A stretch of 64,000 bases of DNA from Armatimonadota bacterium. GTDB taxonomy: Bacteria > Armatimonadota > SYMT01. Made by a program: the position numbers and the translations under genes. The notes below the pieces were generated by a model, which had not been told where the DNA came from, did no database searches, and saw only the letters and a list, made by a program, of their open reading frames with translations. Where the stretch lies: NCBI GenBank assembly GCA_041690135.1, contig JAWLHY010000011.1:192001-256000 (forward strand). Direction: 5' to 3'. Shown here one piece after another: positions 43,245 through 54,100 of the stretch; the first letter of the stretch is position 1; every line of letters begins with the position of its first letter.

Positions 43245-43283
43245 ACAGGGGGCTCCGACACTGCGTCGGAGCCCCCTGTGTTC
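43245..43283 (+). terminator. Hairpin / probable terminator
   Basis: ACAGGGGGCTCCGAC / GTCGGAGCCCCCTGT 15-bp perfect stem. Confidence 0.65.
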
Positions 43284-43498
43284 TATCTGGACCGCGGGGA
43301 TCGCCCGCGGAGTAACCCGGCCCCCGATACGGCGCTGCGGTACCGGCCGGTGGGTGTGGGGTTAAGTTGTCTATGAAGTTTTCGAAGAGGCGTGGGTTTC
43401 AAGTTGTGGGCAGCGCCGGGGTGTAGCATCCAGTGCTAAGGATGTCCCGGGTCCCCGCCTGGTTCCCACGCTTTTTCACCGCCTGCCTGTGAAAGAGC

Positions 43499-44122
43499 TC
43501 ACCCCGGGCTTTCTCTCTGGAGAAAGCGGAGCACCGCATAAATGGCCCGGGCCGTCTCCTCCACTTCCAGGCAGCGCCCTCTCTCCTCCACCTGTTCCAC
43601 TTGTGCCGGCAGGCACGGCACGTGCAGGAACCCGACCCGGGTGCGGCTACCCGCGGCGGTTACCCGTCGCAGCGAGTGGTAGAGGGCGTGGTTGCAAAGA
43701 TAGATTCCTGCGTGGTTGGACACCACGCAGGGAATCCCTTCAGCCCGGACAGCGGCGGCCAGGGCGTCCACTGGGAGCGTGGAGACGTAGGCGATCTCGC
43801 CCGCCGGGTCGATCCACTCCTGCGAATCCTTTCCGTCTTCGCCGTAGCGCACGTTGACCGCGATCCGCTCGACCCGCACTTCCCCGGCGCCTGTGGCCTG
43901 GCCGGTGTGGAGGATCACCTCGGGGCCGTCCGGAGCGCCGGGAGCGACGGCCGCCAGGGCCGCTTCGACGGCCGCCACGTCGGGGCCGTATTCCACCGGC
44001 AGAACAGCGAACCGCAGGTCGAACTCCGCTCCCCATCGCTCCAGAAACAGACGACATCCCTCCAGGCTGGCGTTCAGGCCCGTGCCGTCGAACGGCTCGA
44101 AGGCGGTGAGGAGAACCCGCAT
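43499..44122 (-). CDS. pcp: Pyroglutamyl-peptidase I
   Basis: VLLTAFEPFDG, VERIAVN, SNHAGIYLCN, GFLHVP. Confidence 0.92.
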   Translation of the reverse strand: MRVLLTAFEPFDGTGLNASLEGCRLFLERWGAEFDLRFAVLPVEYGPDVAAVEAALAAVAPGAPDGPEVILHTGQATGAGEVRVERIAVNVRYGEDGKDSQEWIDPAGEIAYVSTLPVDALAAAVRAEGIPCVVSNHAGIYLCNHALYHSLRRVTAAGSRTRVGFLHVPCLPAQVEQVEERGRCLEVEETARAIYAVLRFLQRESPG

Positions 44123-44125
44123 AGG

Positions 44126-44602
44126 TTATCGGACCAGCGTCTTGTCGAACTTCTCCACCAGGCTGGCGGGCACGGCGTCCCGGTTGCGCCCGGTGAATAC
44201 CACCGTGCATTCGTCCTCGAGCAGGCGCTCGCGTGATTCCGTCAACCACCCGGCCAGGCGCGATTCAAACTCTACGTCTTCGCGCCGCGCTGCATGGGTG
44301 AGCGCCTTGTCGATCTTGTCCAGATAGATCACCATCGAGCGTTCGCTCTCGCACAGGCGCAGCAAGTTCTCCAACTGCCGCTGCGGATCGTCGTGGTCGA
44401 ACAGTTCCATCAGGTTGGCCAGCACCACGTTCCGGCCCAGCCGGTGGGCCAGGCGACCGACGGCGGCGGCCTTGCCGCTTCCGGCCGGGGCCATGATGAG
44501 GACCGACGCATCGGTTGCGCCGATTGTCAGGAGCCACTCGTCCAGGCCCGCGATATCCACGGACCCTTCCATCTCTTCCGCTCGCAGGTTGCGAAAACGC
44601 AT
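44126..44602 (-). CDS. Short, degenerate AAA+-like P-loop protein
   Basis: RBS AAGGAG; APAGSGKA Walker A, VIYLDKID Walker B-like, FTGRN. Confidence 0.65.
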   Translation of the reverse strand: MRFRNLRAEEMEGSVDIAGLDEWLLTIGATDASVLIMAPAGSGKAAAVGRLAHRLGRNVVLANLMELFDHDDPQRQLENLLRLCESERSMVIYLDKIDKALTHAARREDVEFESRLAGWLTESRERLLEDECTVVFTGRNRDAVPASLVEKFDKTLVR

Positions 44603-45275
44603 CGTTTACTCCTTGGCTGTGGGGGTACTGGGCGGAGCGCCCATCGACTTATCATTCCCGCTCCCACCCGGGTCATACACCCAATGCTTCTTCGCATGGG
44701 GATGCGACCTCACCCACCTCCTCCGTTCCACAGAGCGGGCAACCACCCCTGCCCTTTCCCGGTAATTCAACCGCCATCCGCAAATCGGATTGTAGACCAG
44801 AGTCCGAATGGACGATGAACCCAGTCGCGTTCGACGACCACTATTCTGACGGCACTCGGTCGGAGTTCATGGTGCCGGTCTGAAGGGCGAGCCATTCCCC
44901 CATACTCCCTTTTCTCCGTTCGGACCGTCACGCATGGCCAATCGTGAAGTTCATAGGAACGCAATCCCATCACCCGAGGTCTCCTCAGCATTCTTCCAAT
45001 TGGGGGGATAGCAACCGCGGAGCGCAAATATCCGTCTATCACATAACCCCCGCGTCGGCCAGGGCGCGGAGAGGCCGCCGCCAGGGACGACCGAAGGAGC
45101 GGTCGCACAGGCGGGCACTTTGGCAGGCGAAATTACGTTGTACAAGAGTAGAAGGCGCGGAGGACGGTCCGGCCTGATGCCGGACTCCATCTGTCGAAGC
45201 GCGCGATGGGGATTCTCGTCCCCTGCCCGGCTTCCCAGGCCCGCGCAGAGCCGGTACGACCGGTAAGGAACGAAA

Positions 45276-46235
45276 ATGGGCAAAGGCATTCCGGTCATCG
45301 ATAAGCTGCTCCGCCGCACTCGCGGCGACTCGCGGGTCGAGCAGGGCCTGAACGGCGCCCTCTCGGGAAGCGAGGATGAGTTCGCCGGTACGAGCAGCGA
45401 AGCGGATGGATGTTACACGCGCGACAACTATTCGGTAGGCCTGGCATACCCCACGCATCGGCGGCTGCTCACCGCCCGGGAAGAGGTGATCCTGGCCGTG
45501 CGAGCCAAGTCCGGGGATACTGCCGCCCGGCAAGCGATGATGGAGGCGAACATTCGCCTGGTCATGAGCATCGCCCGCCGCTACACCTGCAAGAGCCTGA
45601 CGTTCGAAGACCTGGTGCAGGAGGGGATCCTCGGTCTGCTGGAGGCGATCAACAAGTTCGACACCACCCGGGGGCTCCGCTTCAGCACCTACGCCACCTA
45701 CTGGATCCGCCAGGCCATCGTGCGGGCGATCGAGAAGCAGGACCGGTTGATCCGCCTGCCGGTCTACGGGTGCGACGCCGTACGCAAAGTGGAGCGAGCG
45801 GAACGGGCGCTCTCCGAGACGCTCGGTAGACCGCCCACACCGGAGGAAGTTGCCCGCGAGACCGGTTTGCCGGTGCGCCTGGTCAAAAACATCGCCCAGT
45901 ATGGGCAGGACCCGCTTTCCCTGGATGCCATGGTGGGCGACAGCGACGACACGCTGTTTGCCGACCTGGTGGTCGATGCCGACGCCGCGGACCCGGCCGA
46001 TACCGCCCTGGGCGCCATGGACCGCGAGGCGCTGATGGAGCAGGTCCGTTACCTGGAGCCGCGCGAGCAAATGGTGATCGAGCGCCGCTTCGGCCTCTCC
46101 GACGGCAAAGTGCACACGCTTAAGGAGATCGCCGACCAGCTCAAGATGTCGCGCGAGGGCGTCCGCCACGTCCAGCTTCGCGCCCTCCGCAAGCTCAAAG
46201 ATGGCCTGGGCCGCGCCGGCGTGATGCCGGCGTAG
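45276..46235 (+). CDS. Sigma-70 family alternative sigma factor (RpoD/RpoS-like, group 2)
   Basis: NIRLVMSIARRY, DLVQEG, RFSTYATYWIRQAI, RLIRLPV, SREGVRHVQ. Confidence 0.92.
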   Translation: MGKGIPVIDKLLRRTRGDSRVEQGLNGALSGSEDEFAGTSSEADGCYTRDNYSVGLAYPTHRRLLTAREEVILAVRAKSGDTAARQAMMEANIRLVMSIARRYTCKSLTFEDLVQEGILGLLEAINKFDTTRGLRFSTYATYWIRQAIVRAIEKQDRLIRLPVYGCDAVRKVERAERALSETLGRPPTPEEVARETGLPVRLVKNIAQYGQDPLSLDAMVGDSDDTLFADLVVDADAADPADTALGAMDREALMEQVRYLEPREQMVIERRFGLSDGKVHTLKEIADQLKMSREGVRHVQLRALRKLKDGLGRAGVMPA

Positions 46236-46255
46236 GTTGAAGTCCGGCCTTGACT

Positions 46256-46288
46256 GTCAGGAAACCACTGCCGCGGTGGTTTCCTGAC
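46256..46288 (+). terminator. Hairpin after the sigma gene
   Basis: GTCAGGAAACCAC / GTGGTTTCCTGAC 13-bp stem. Confidence 0.55.
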
Positions 46289-47061
46289 GGCCCCTGAGCC
46301 CTCTTGGCGCTGTAGTCGTAACGTTGTCCGGTCCCCCTCGCGACCACCGACTCCGAACCCCGGACTGGCGTCCGGACTCCCCTCTGGGACTCCTGCGGGT
46401 TCGGAATCTCACGCACGCCACTCGTTCCGTGGTAATCGCCAGAGTGTTCGCACTCCTCCTTAGCGCGGGAGAGGAGTCCGGACGCTAGTCCGGTACTCTT
46501 TGCGACCACTGATTCCGAACCCCGGACTGCCATCCGGACTTCCCTCTCGGACATTTCCCCAACCGTTACCAACGAGGGGATCACGAGCTTGGATTTTGTT
46601 CCTCATCGGCTACCCTGGCGGGCGAGACGCCCGCCCCACTCCACCCCTCCACCCTCACACCTCACCCTTCGCGCCTCACCACCCTGGGCACAGGGGTCCG
46701 GAGTTGGCCGGCTCCAGTTTCCTGGTGGCTACGGTTTTGCACGCACTCATCTCATACAGGACAGGGCAATCAGAGCCGATGCCCCTACAATCCGGTTCTC
46801 CTTAACGGGTGCTGATCGTGGCGTCTACGCCCACGCCCCCTACTCCCCACGCTCCCTCTGGCGGGCGAGACGCCCGCCCCACTCACCACTCCGGCCCACC
46901 ACTCCACCACTCACCACTCGACCACTTCCCCGGCCGGACGCAGGAAGTCTCCCGGTCGCGGACGAAACACCGGTCGGACACGCCGGCCCCCGCTGCACCG
47001 CCCGCCCCTCGCATGAGCGGGCATCCTGCGCTGCCGGCGAACCTCGAGAGGAGATTTCCTG

Positions 47062-47790
47062 ATGCAGAACCCGGGATACGATGATACGCCCTTCCTGCCG
47101 CACGCCCCCTACCGCGTTCATGATGGCGACCGTCCCGCCCCGCGCGTGGTGGGCACGGGGGAGTGGATCGGCCAACCGCCTTCGGATGCGGTGATGCTGT
47201 TCGACGGCTCGGACCTTTCCGGCTGGCTGAACAAGCACGGCGAGCCCGCGCAGTGGAAGGTGGAGCACGGCTACATGGAGGTGGTGGCGGGGACCGGCGA
47301 CATCCACACCCGCGCGGAATTCGGCGACTGCCAGCTTCACCTGGAGTGGGCCTCGCCCTGGGAAGTCCACGGCGACAGCCAGGGCCGGGGGAACAGCGGC
47401 GTATTCCTGATGGGCCGCTACGAGATCCAGGTGTTGGACTGCTACGAGAACCCCACCTACGCGGACGGAACCACGGGCGCGATCTACGGCCAGTACCCGC
47501 CGCTGGTGAATGCCTGCCGCCGGCCGGGCGAGTGGCAGAGCTACGACATCATCTGGGAGGCCCCTCGCTTCGAGGGCGAGCAGCTCGTCCGCCCCGCTTA
47601 CGTGACGGTACTTCTCAACGGCATCGTGCTGCACCACCGCGCCGAGCTGATCGGTGCCACGGGCCATAAGAATGTCGGCCAGTACGCGCCCCATCCCCCG
47701 GTCGGCCCCCTCAAGCTGCAGGACCACGGTAACCCGGTGCGCTTCAAGAACATCTGGTACCGCCCGCTCACCAGCTACGACCAGCAGTAG
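47062..47790 (+). CDS. DUF1080 (3-keto-disaccharide hydrolase-like) protein
   Basis: PPSDAVMLFDG, QLHLEW, GNSGVFLMGRYEIQVLD, GEWQSYDI, LQDHGNPVRFKNIW. Confidence 0.9.
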   Translation: MQNPGYDDTPFLPHAPYRVHDGDRPAPRVVGTGEWIGQPPSDAVMLFDGSDLSGWLNKHGEPAQWKVEHGYMEVVAGTGDIHTRAEFGDCQLHLEWASPWEVHGDSQGRGNSGVFLMGRYEIQVLDCYENPTYADGTTGAIYGQYPPLVNACRRPGEWQSYDIIWEAPRFEGEQLVRPAYVTVLLNGIVLHHRAELIGATGHKNVGQYAPHPPVGPLKLQDHGNPVRFKNIWYRPLTSYDQQ

Positions 47791-47997
47791 GGCGCCTGGT
47801 TATAGCGTACGTCCTCGCCTCCCGGAACGTGGCTGGGAGCGCCGCCGGCGCGAATCGAAACGGCGGGCCGGTAGATCTGGTTCTCCGCTCCGCCGTTTCA
47901 GTCGCCTCTGGGTCACTTGTAGCGCGAGTTCCGAGCGCCGGCGGAATGCCGGTCCGCTGGGCAAGTGGCCCACAAGAATCTCGGTCTCCCGGTCGGC

Positions 47998-48552
47998 TCA
48001 GCCCGAACGTGCGTCTTGCCGTATCGCGGCTCGTTTTCGGTCAAACCAGGTGACGAAACCAGCGGAGATCCAGCCCGTAAGAGGACCCAATGTGCCGGTG
48101 AGAAGAAGGAGGGGCGGATAGTAGAGGCCGAACAGGGCGCCCACGCCCAGACCTATCAAAGCGGCTACCGGCTTTCTCATCGCCTCGCTGCCCAGCGCGG
48201 GATCGACCGCAGCCATGAGCAGCCCCCCGAGCAGCCCCGGCACGGCTCCGTACGGCACGCCCAGCAGAGCGAACGCGCCGATGCCGATCACGTCCAGATC
48301 GGCGCCGGGTTGGGTGAACGCGAGGATCAGCGCCAGACCGAGACCCACCACGGTGCCGGCGCCTGCCCCAGCGGCCGTGCCCACTGCGGCCCAGAGCAGC
48401 AGATCGGATCGGAACGGTCGCTCCCGCTCTGTTCGCGGACTGCCGGCGATCCGGTGTTCCGGCGGCGGTGTAGACCCGAGCGGCTGCCGGCAGTCCACGC
48501 ACTGCGCGAACCCGGGCGCATGCTCTCTACCGCATACGGGACAGAACGGCAT
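47998..48552 (-). CDS. Membrane protein with N-terminal zinc ribbon
   Basis: MPFCPVCGREH..FAQCVDC followed by four hydrophobic segments. Confidence 0.7.
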   Translation of the reverse strand: MPFCPVCGREHAPGFAQCVDCRQPLGSTPPPEHRIAGSPRTERERPFRSDLLLWAAVGTAAGAGAGTVVGLGLALILAFTQPGADLDVIGIGAFALLGVPYGAVPGLLGGLLMAAVDPALGSEAMRKPVAALIGLGVGALFGLYYPPLLLLTGTLGPLTGWISAGFVTWFDRKRAAIRQDARSG

Positions 48553-48836
48553 GGTCGGCTCCATTCGTTGTGGGTCTAACGGCAGACACGCTGTCCACTC
48601 CATTATGGTGACCCTTGCGAGGGTTCTTGCGCGTGTCACTCGAGGCCCGGGTGTGAAGTTTTTCACTTCACACTTCCCAACCCCGGATGGAACGATCCCT
48701 TCAGAAGATGGAGAGGGGAGCGCTACTCCGCCGCCCCCCAGATAACCCGGCGCTGTGGACTCCGTCCGGCGGCGCGCGACGCACAGGGCTTACGGCCAGG
48801 AACGGAACCGCTTTCTACGCACGGAGGAGAAGAACC

Positions 48837-49187
48837 ATGTCCCGATCCCACACCCGCCGCGGCTTCACGCTCGTCGAGATCATGATCGTGGTGCTGATCA
48901 TCGGCATCCTGCTCGCCATTGCCGTCCCGAACTTCATCAAAGCCCGCGAGAGCAGCCGCGCCAAGAGCTGCATCTCCAATCTGAAGTCGATCCAGGGCGC
49001 TAAGGAGCAGTGGGCGATGGACCACAAGAAAGTCGCGGGTGACACCGCCGGCTTCTCCGACCTGGTCGGTACGGACAAGTACATCAAGAGCACCCCCGAG
49101 TGCCCCAGCAGCGGCACCTACACCATCAACGGGTTGGGTACCGCCCCGGAGTGCTCGCGGTTCGACGACGGTCACAGCATTCCGTAA
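48837..49187 (+). CDS. Type IV pilin / T2SS pseudopilin-like protein
   Basis: RBS GGAGGA; RRGFTLVEIMIVV class III signal; C-terminal Cys pair. Confidence 0.9.
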   Translation: MSRSHTRRGFTLVEIMIVVLIIGILLAIAVPNFIKARESSRAKSCISNLKSIQGAKEQWAMDHKKVAGDTAGFSDLVGTDKYIKSTPECPSSGTYTINGLGTAPECSRFDDGHSIP

Positions 49188-49355
49188 TCCTTTGCGGAGT
49201 GATTTCCCTCACGTCCGCCGCTGGGGAACCCCGGTGATCCCGCCAATAGAGAGGCGTGGACACCGGGGTTGACCGCGCTGGAGACGCGCCACGACGGGCA
49301 CGGCGAGCCGGCCTTCTCCGGGTATCCTGATAACGAGACAGGAAATGAGGAGAAG

Positions 49356-49715
49356 ATGAACGAAGCCTGGAAGCAAAGCGGCCGCCGGGGGTTTACCCTC
49401 GTGGAGATCATGATCGTGGTGCTGATCATCGGCATCCTGCTCTCGATCGCCGTCCCCAACTACATCAAAGCGCGTGAGAGCTCCCGGGCCAAAAGTTGCA
49501 TCGCCAACCTGAAGACCATCGACGCCGCCAAGGAGCAGTGGTCGATGGAGAACAAGAAGGTCGCGGGCGACACCGCCGGCTTCTCCGACCTGGTGGGCAC
49601 GGACAAGTACATCAAGAGCACTCCGGAGTGTCCCAGTGGCGGCACCTACACTATTGCCGGCCTCGGCACGGACCCCTCCTGCTCCCGCAGCACCGACGGC
49701 CACACCATGCCGTAG
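49356..49715 (+). CDS. Type IV pilin-like protein, tandem paralog
   Basis: RBS GAGGAG; RRGFTLVEIMIVV; near-identical to the upstream pilin. Confidence 0.9.
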   Translation: MNEAWKQSGRRGFTLVEIMIVVLIIGILLSIAVPNYIKARESSRAKSCIANLKTIDAAKEQWSMENKKVAGDTAGFSDLVGTDKYIKSTPECPSGGTYTIAGLGTDPSCSRSTDGHTMP

Positions 49716-50026
49716 CCTCGCGGATTAGGAGTTCCGATTAGGACGAGGAACAGGATGGGTCTGGGGCAAGTGGGATGCTCCAATGTTGCCCCACCTCAGC
49801 CAAACCGCACCCCTTTGGGAAATACCTCCGGTTGCTCCGCCATGCATCGGAGGGTAAGTCCATCCATCACCATGGCAGGGGCCCGCGCCAGAAGCTATCC
49901 GGGGATTCAACGGCGCCCGATCGCGCTGTTCCTTTCTTAACGCTCGCGTAACAGCATCGCAATGTACGGCGTCTAAACTCCATATACGTAGGCTGCCACA
50001 CGCTTATTGTTGGGGAGGATGCCACC

Positions 50027-50893
50027 ATGTACACCAGGCGCTGGGTCCGGTTGCGGGGGTTCACCCTGATCGAGCTGCTCGTAGTGATTGCCATTATCGC
50101 TATTCTTGCAGCGATACTCTTCCCGGTCTTTGCACAGGCCCGAGATGCGGCCCGGAAGGCGACGTGCGTCAGTAATCTCAAGCAGATCGGGCTGGCCCTG
50201 AACATGTATGTCCAGGACTACGATGAGACCATCGGGGCCACTACCTACGGCGACTCCTGCCGCGCGAGCGGTGCTCCGGGGGCGGCGCGCTCCGATGCCA
50301 ACTACGTGGGGATGCCCGGCTGGCCGGTCGCGTTGCAACCCTACGCGAAGAACCTCGGGTTCCTCTCCTGCCCGTCGGACCCGCATAAGGGCGGCTTCGC
50401 AAAGACCGGCTCCTACTGCTACGAGGCGCAGATGGTGCAGGGGAACCTGCCGGGGGCCTATACCGGGATCAGCGCCAACAACGCGGACATGCGGAAGGTG
50501 CTGCCGCTCTCCTACAGCGCCAACTACTTCCTGAGCAACACTCAGGCCACCCCATACCGGCCGGCGGCGCCGGACATCCCCGGCGGCGTGGCACTGGCCG
50601 CCATTGCCCGGCCGGCGGAGGTGTTCTTCGTCACCGAGAACGGCACGGACCCGGCCGCCGGGTACGCCGCCTACTACATCACCCCCGGCTACGGCAATTC
50701 CGCCAGCCCCACCAACCGTTGGGCGATGGGAATGCGCCACCAGGAAGGTCGCGTGTGGGTGTTCGTGGACGGCCATGCCAAGTGGTCGAAGGACATCCCC
50801 TACCTCAAGTCCCCCGGCGTGGCGAAGACGCAGGCGGAGTTGATCGCGGAATACGCCGCGCGGGGTATCCTCACTGACCCCTTCACCCCGTAG
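50027..50893 (+). CDS. Prepilin-type DUF1559 / H-X9-DG protein
   Basis: [30 protein letters not shown]; [17 protein letters not shown]. Confidence 0.92.
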   Translation: MYTRRWVRLRGFTLIELLVVIAIIAILAAILFPVFAQARDAARKATCVSNLKQIGLALNMYVQDYDETIGATTYGDSCRASGAPGAARSDANYVGMPGWPVALQPYAKNLGFLSCPSDPHKGGFAKTGSYCYEAQMVQGNLPGAYTGISANNADMRKVLPLSYSANYFLSNTQATPYRPAAPDIPGGVALAAIARPAEVFFVTENGTDPAAGYAAYYITPGYGNSASPTNRWAMGMRHQEGRVWVFVDGHAKWSKDIPYLKSPGVAKTQAELIAEYAARGILTDPFTP

Positions 50894-50944
50894 CTGGGTA
50901 CGGCAAGAGGCCGGCCATCTCCCCTTTTCCCACTCACAGGATTG

Positions 50945-50984
50945 CACCAGCAGCCACCCCCGGTCGGCCGGGTGGCTGCTGGTG
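50945..50984 (+). terminator. Hairpin / probable terminator
   Basis: CACCAGCAGCCACCC / GGGTGGCTGCTGGTG stem. Confidence 0.55.
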
Positions 50985-51175
50985 TGTACGGTACCCACAG
51001 GCCTCCGGGGTAGTTCCCTTACCGGAGCACGCGAGTGCACATGTTTGCTCAACCCCGGTACGATACTCATGGGCCAGATAGTAGACTTCCGGGACCAGGG
51101 TATCAAGATCAGATAGGGGAGTGAGTGGGCGGCCGGCGGCGGACGATCGTGCATGTGGCCAGCAAGGAGACGGTG

Positions 51176-54100
51176 ATGGAGATTCTGGAGCGCACGCAGG
51201 GGGGAACGGATTCGCTGGAAACGCGGACCCGCGACATCGGGCGGAAGCTGCTGGCGGAGGCACGGGAGCGGAAGAGCCACTTCTGGGCGCGGGAGCGCTG
51301 GGAAGAGGGTCTGCTGCGCAAGCTTATGGTGAACGAGCGGTTCCGCGTGCAGGCGCTGCGGTTCGTGGACGTGCTGCCCGCGCTCCGGGACGACGATGAG
51401 CTGGTCCGCCACCTGCGGGAGTACTTCGGCGACGACGAGCTGCCCCTCCCGGGGGCGGCGCGCTGGGGCATCGAGCGCGCGCAGGGCGGGGTGGCCGCGC
51501 ACCTGGTGGCGGCGGCGGTGCGGACCGCCATGCACGGGCTGGCGACCCGCTTCATCGGCGGCGCGGATGTGAAAGACGCCTCCCACTCGGTAGAGGAGCT
51601 GCGCCGCGACGGGATGGCCTTCACCCTCGACCTTCTGGGTGAGGCGACCGTCAGCGAGGCAGAGTCCGCGGAGTACCACGCGAAGTACCTGCGCCTGCTG
51701 GACGAGTTCGCCCCCCGCGTGGCGAAGTGGAAACCCAACCCCCTGCTGGACACGGTGAACGGTCGCCCCGCCCCGCGCCTGAACCTCTCCGTCAAGGTCT
51801 CCGCCATGTACTCGCAGCTCAGCCCGGTGGACCCGGAGGGCAGCGCGAACGCCGTGAAGGAGAAGCTGCGGCCGATCCTGCGGAGCGCCAGGGAGAAGGG
51901 CGCCTTCATCTGCCTCGACATGGAGCAGTACGACCTGAAGGAGATCGTGCTCCGTGTGTTCCGCGAGATCCTGATGGAGCCGGAGTTCCGCGACTGGCCG
52001 GACGCGGGCCTTGCCATGCAGGCCTACCTCCGCGAGACAGAAGGGGATCTCCACGAGCTGATCGCCTGGGTCAAGCGCCGCGGCACCCCCGTCACGGTGC
52101 GGCTGGTCCGGGGCGCCTACTGGGATTACGAAACGGTCATCGCGCGGCAGCACGGCTGGCCGGTGCCCGTGTGGACCGAAAAGTGGGAGACCGACCGCAG
52201 CTACGAGCGCTGCCTCCGCTTGCTGCTGGAGAACCACCCCCACATCGAAACGGCCGCCGCCACGCACAACGTCCGCAGCCTGGCGCTGGCCATGGCCCTG
52301 GCCGAGGAGTACGGCCTGGCGCCGGACCAGTTCGAGCTGCAGATGCTGTACGGCATGGCCGATCCCCTCAAGGACGCCGTGGCCCGCATGGGCCGCCGCC
52401 TCCGGGTGTACGTGCCGTTCGGGGAGCTGATCCCCGGCATGGCGTACCTGGTCCGCCGCCTCCTGGAGAACACCGCCAGCCAGTCCTTCCTCCGCATGGG
52501 CTTCGCCGAAGACGTCCCCGCGGAAGTACTCCTGGCTGCGCCGGGGTTGGAGGTTGGGGGACGGGGGGCGGAAGCTGGGAATCGGACCGAGGGCTCGGAT
52601 AGGGATGGAGACGGCCGGAGGTCGCCGGTACCGGGGCTTCAGCCGGTGGTGGCGGGTAGCGGGCAATTGACAATTGACAATGGTCAATTGTCAATTGTCA
52701 ATTCCCGGAGCCTTCCTCGCTTCCAGAACGAGCCCGTCCGCAGGTTCACCTCGCCGCTGGAGCGCGACCGCTTCGCGGCGGCGATCGAGCGGGTGCGGGG
52801 CGAGATGGGCCGCGAATACCCCCTCTGGATCCACGGGCGCGACCTGTGGACGAAGGAATGGCTCGAGTCGACCAATCCCGCCCGCCCGTCGGAGGTGGTG
52901 GGCAGGGTCGCCTCAGCGAACGAGAAGGACGCCGAAGCGGCGGTGATTTCGGCCGTGGCCGCCTTCGCCGAGTGGCGGGAGCGGCCGGTCCGCGAGCGGG
53001 CGGACTACCTGTTGCGGGCGGCGGCGCGGATGCGGGAGCGGCGGGACGAGCTGAGCGCCTGGGAGATCTTCGAGGCCGGCAAGACCTGGCGCGAAGCGGA
53101 CGCCGATATCACGGAGGCGATCGACTTCCTGGAGTACTACGCGCGCGAGGCCGTGCGGCTCTACCAGGTGCTGCCCCTCAACGCGCCCGGCGAGCGGAAC
53201 GACTTCTTCTACCAGCCGCGCGGGGTGTACGCGGTGATCCCGCCGTGGAACTTCCCGCTGGCCATCCTCACCGGGATGCTCTCCGCGGCCGTGGTAACGG
53301 GGAACACCGCCGTCCTCAAGCCCGCGACCCAAACGCCCGTGATCGCCGCCAAGCTGATCGAGATCCTGCGGGAGATCGGCCTACCCGCGGGGGTGGTGAA
53401 CTTCGTACCGGGGCCGGGCGCCGAGATCGGGGAGTACCTGGTCCGGCACGCGCAGGTCCACGGGATCGCCTTCACCGGCTCGCGGGCAGTGGGCACGCGC
53501 ATCTGCCGGGTGGCCGCGGAGATCCAGCCGGGGCAGGAGCACCTGAAGCGGGTCATCGCGGAGCTGGGCGGCAAGAATGCCGTGATCATCGACAGCGACG
53601 CGGACCTGGACGACGCCGTAATGGGAACCCTGGCCTCCGCGTTCGGCTTCCAGGGGCAAAAGTGCAGCGCCGCCTCGCGGGTGATCACCGTGGGCGACGT
53701 CCACGAACATTTCGTCCGGCGCCTGGTGGAGGCCGCGCGCAGCGTAACGATCGGGATGCCGGAAGACCCCGCCTACTTCATGGGCCCGGTCATCGACGCC
53801 CGTGCCTGCGAGAACATCCGCAAGGCCATCGAAGCCGGGAAGAGCGTGGCCACCCTGGCCCTGGAGACGGACGTCTCGCACCTGGGCGCCGGCTACTTCA
53901 TCGGCCCCACAATCTTTACGGATGTGCCGCCCGACAGCGCCCTGGCCCAGGAAGAGATCTTCGGCCCGGTTACGGCGATCATGCAGGCCCGCGACTTCGA
54001 CCATGCCCTGGAGCTGGCCAACGGCACCAGCTACGCGCTGACCGGCGGGGTCTACTCCCGCAGCCCCGAACACCTGGACCAGGCCCGCGCCCGGTTCAAC

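Noticed and set aside
43384-43480. tRNA-Sec, SRP RNA or 6S RNA assignment
   Set aside because: No cloverleaf or T-loop, no SRP GGAA-loop domain IV motif, and too short for 6S; kept only as an unassigned hairpin
44603-45275. Riboswitch or small genes in the long divergent intergenic region
   Set aside because: No aptamer consensus recognised; ORFs lack support
49973-52687. 904-aa minus-strand ORF and similar long antisense ORFs (e.g. 23331-25517, 8576-10090)
   Set aside because: Shadow ORFs of high-GC genes on the opposite strand
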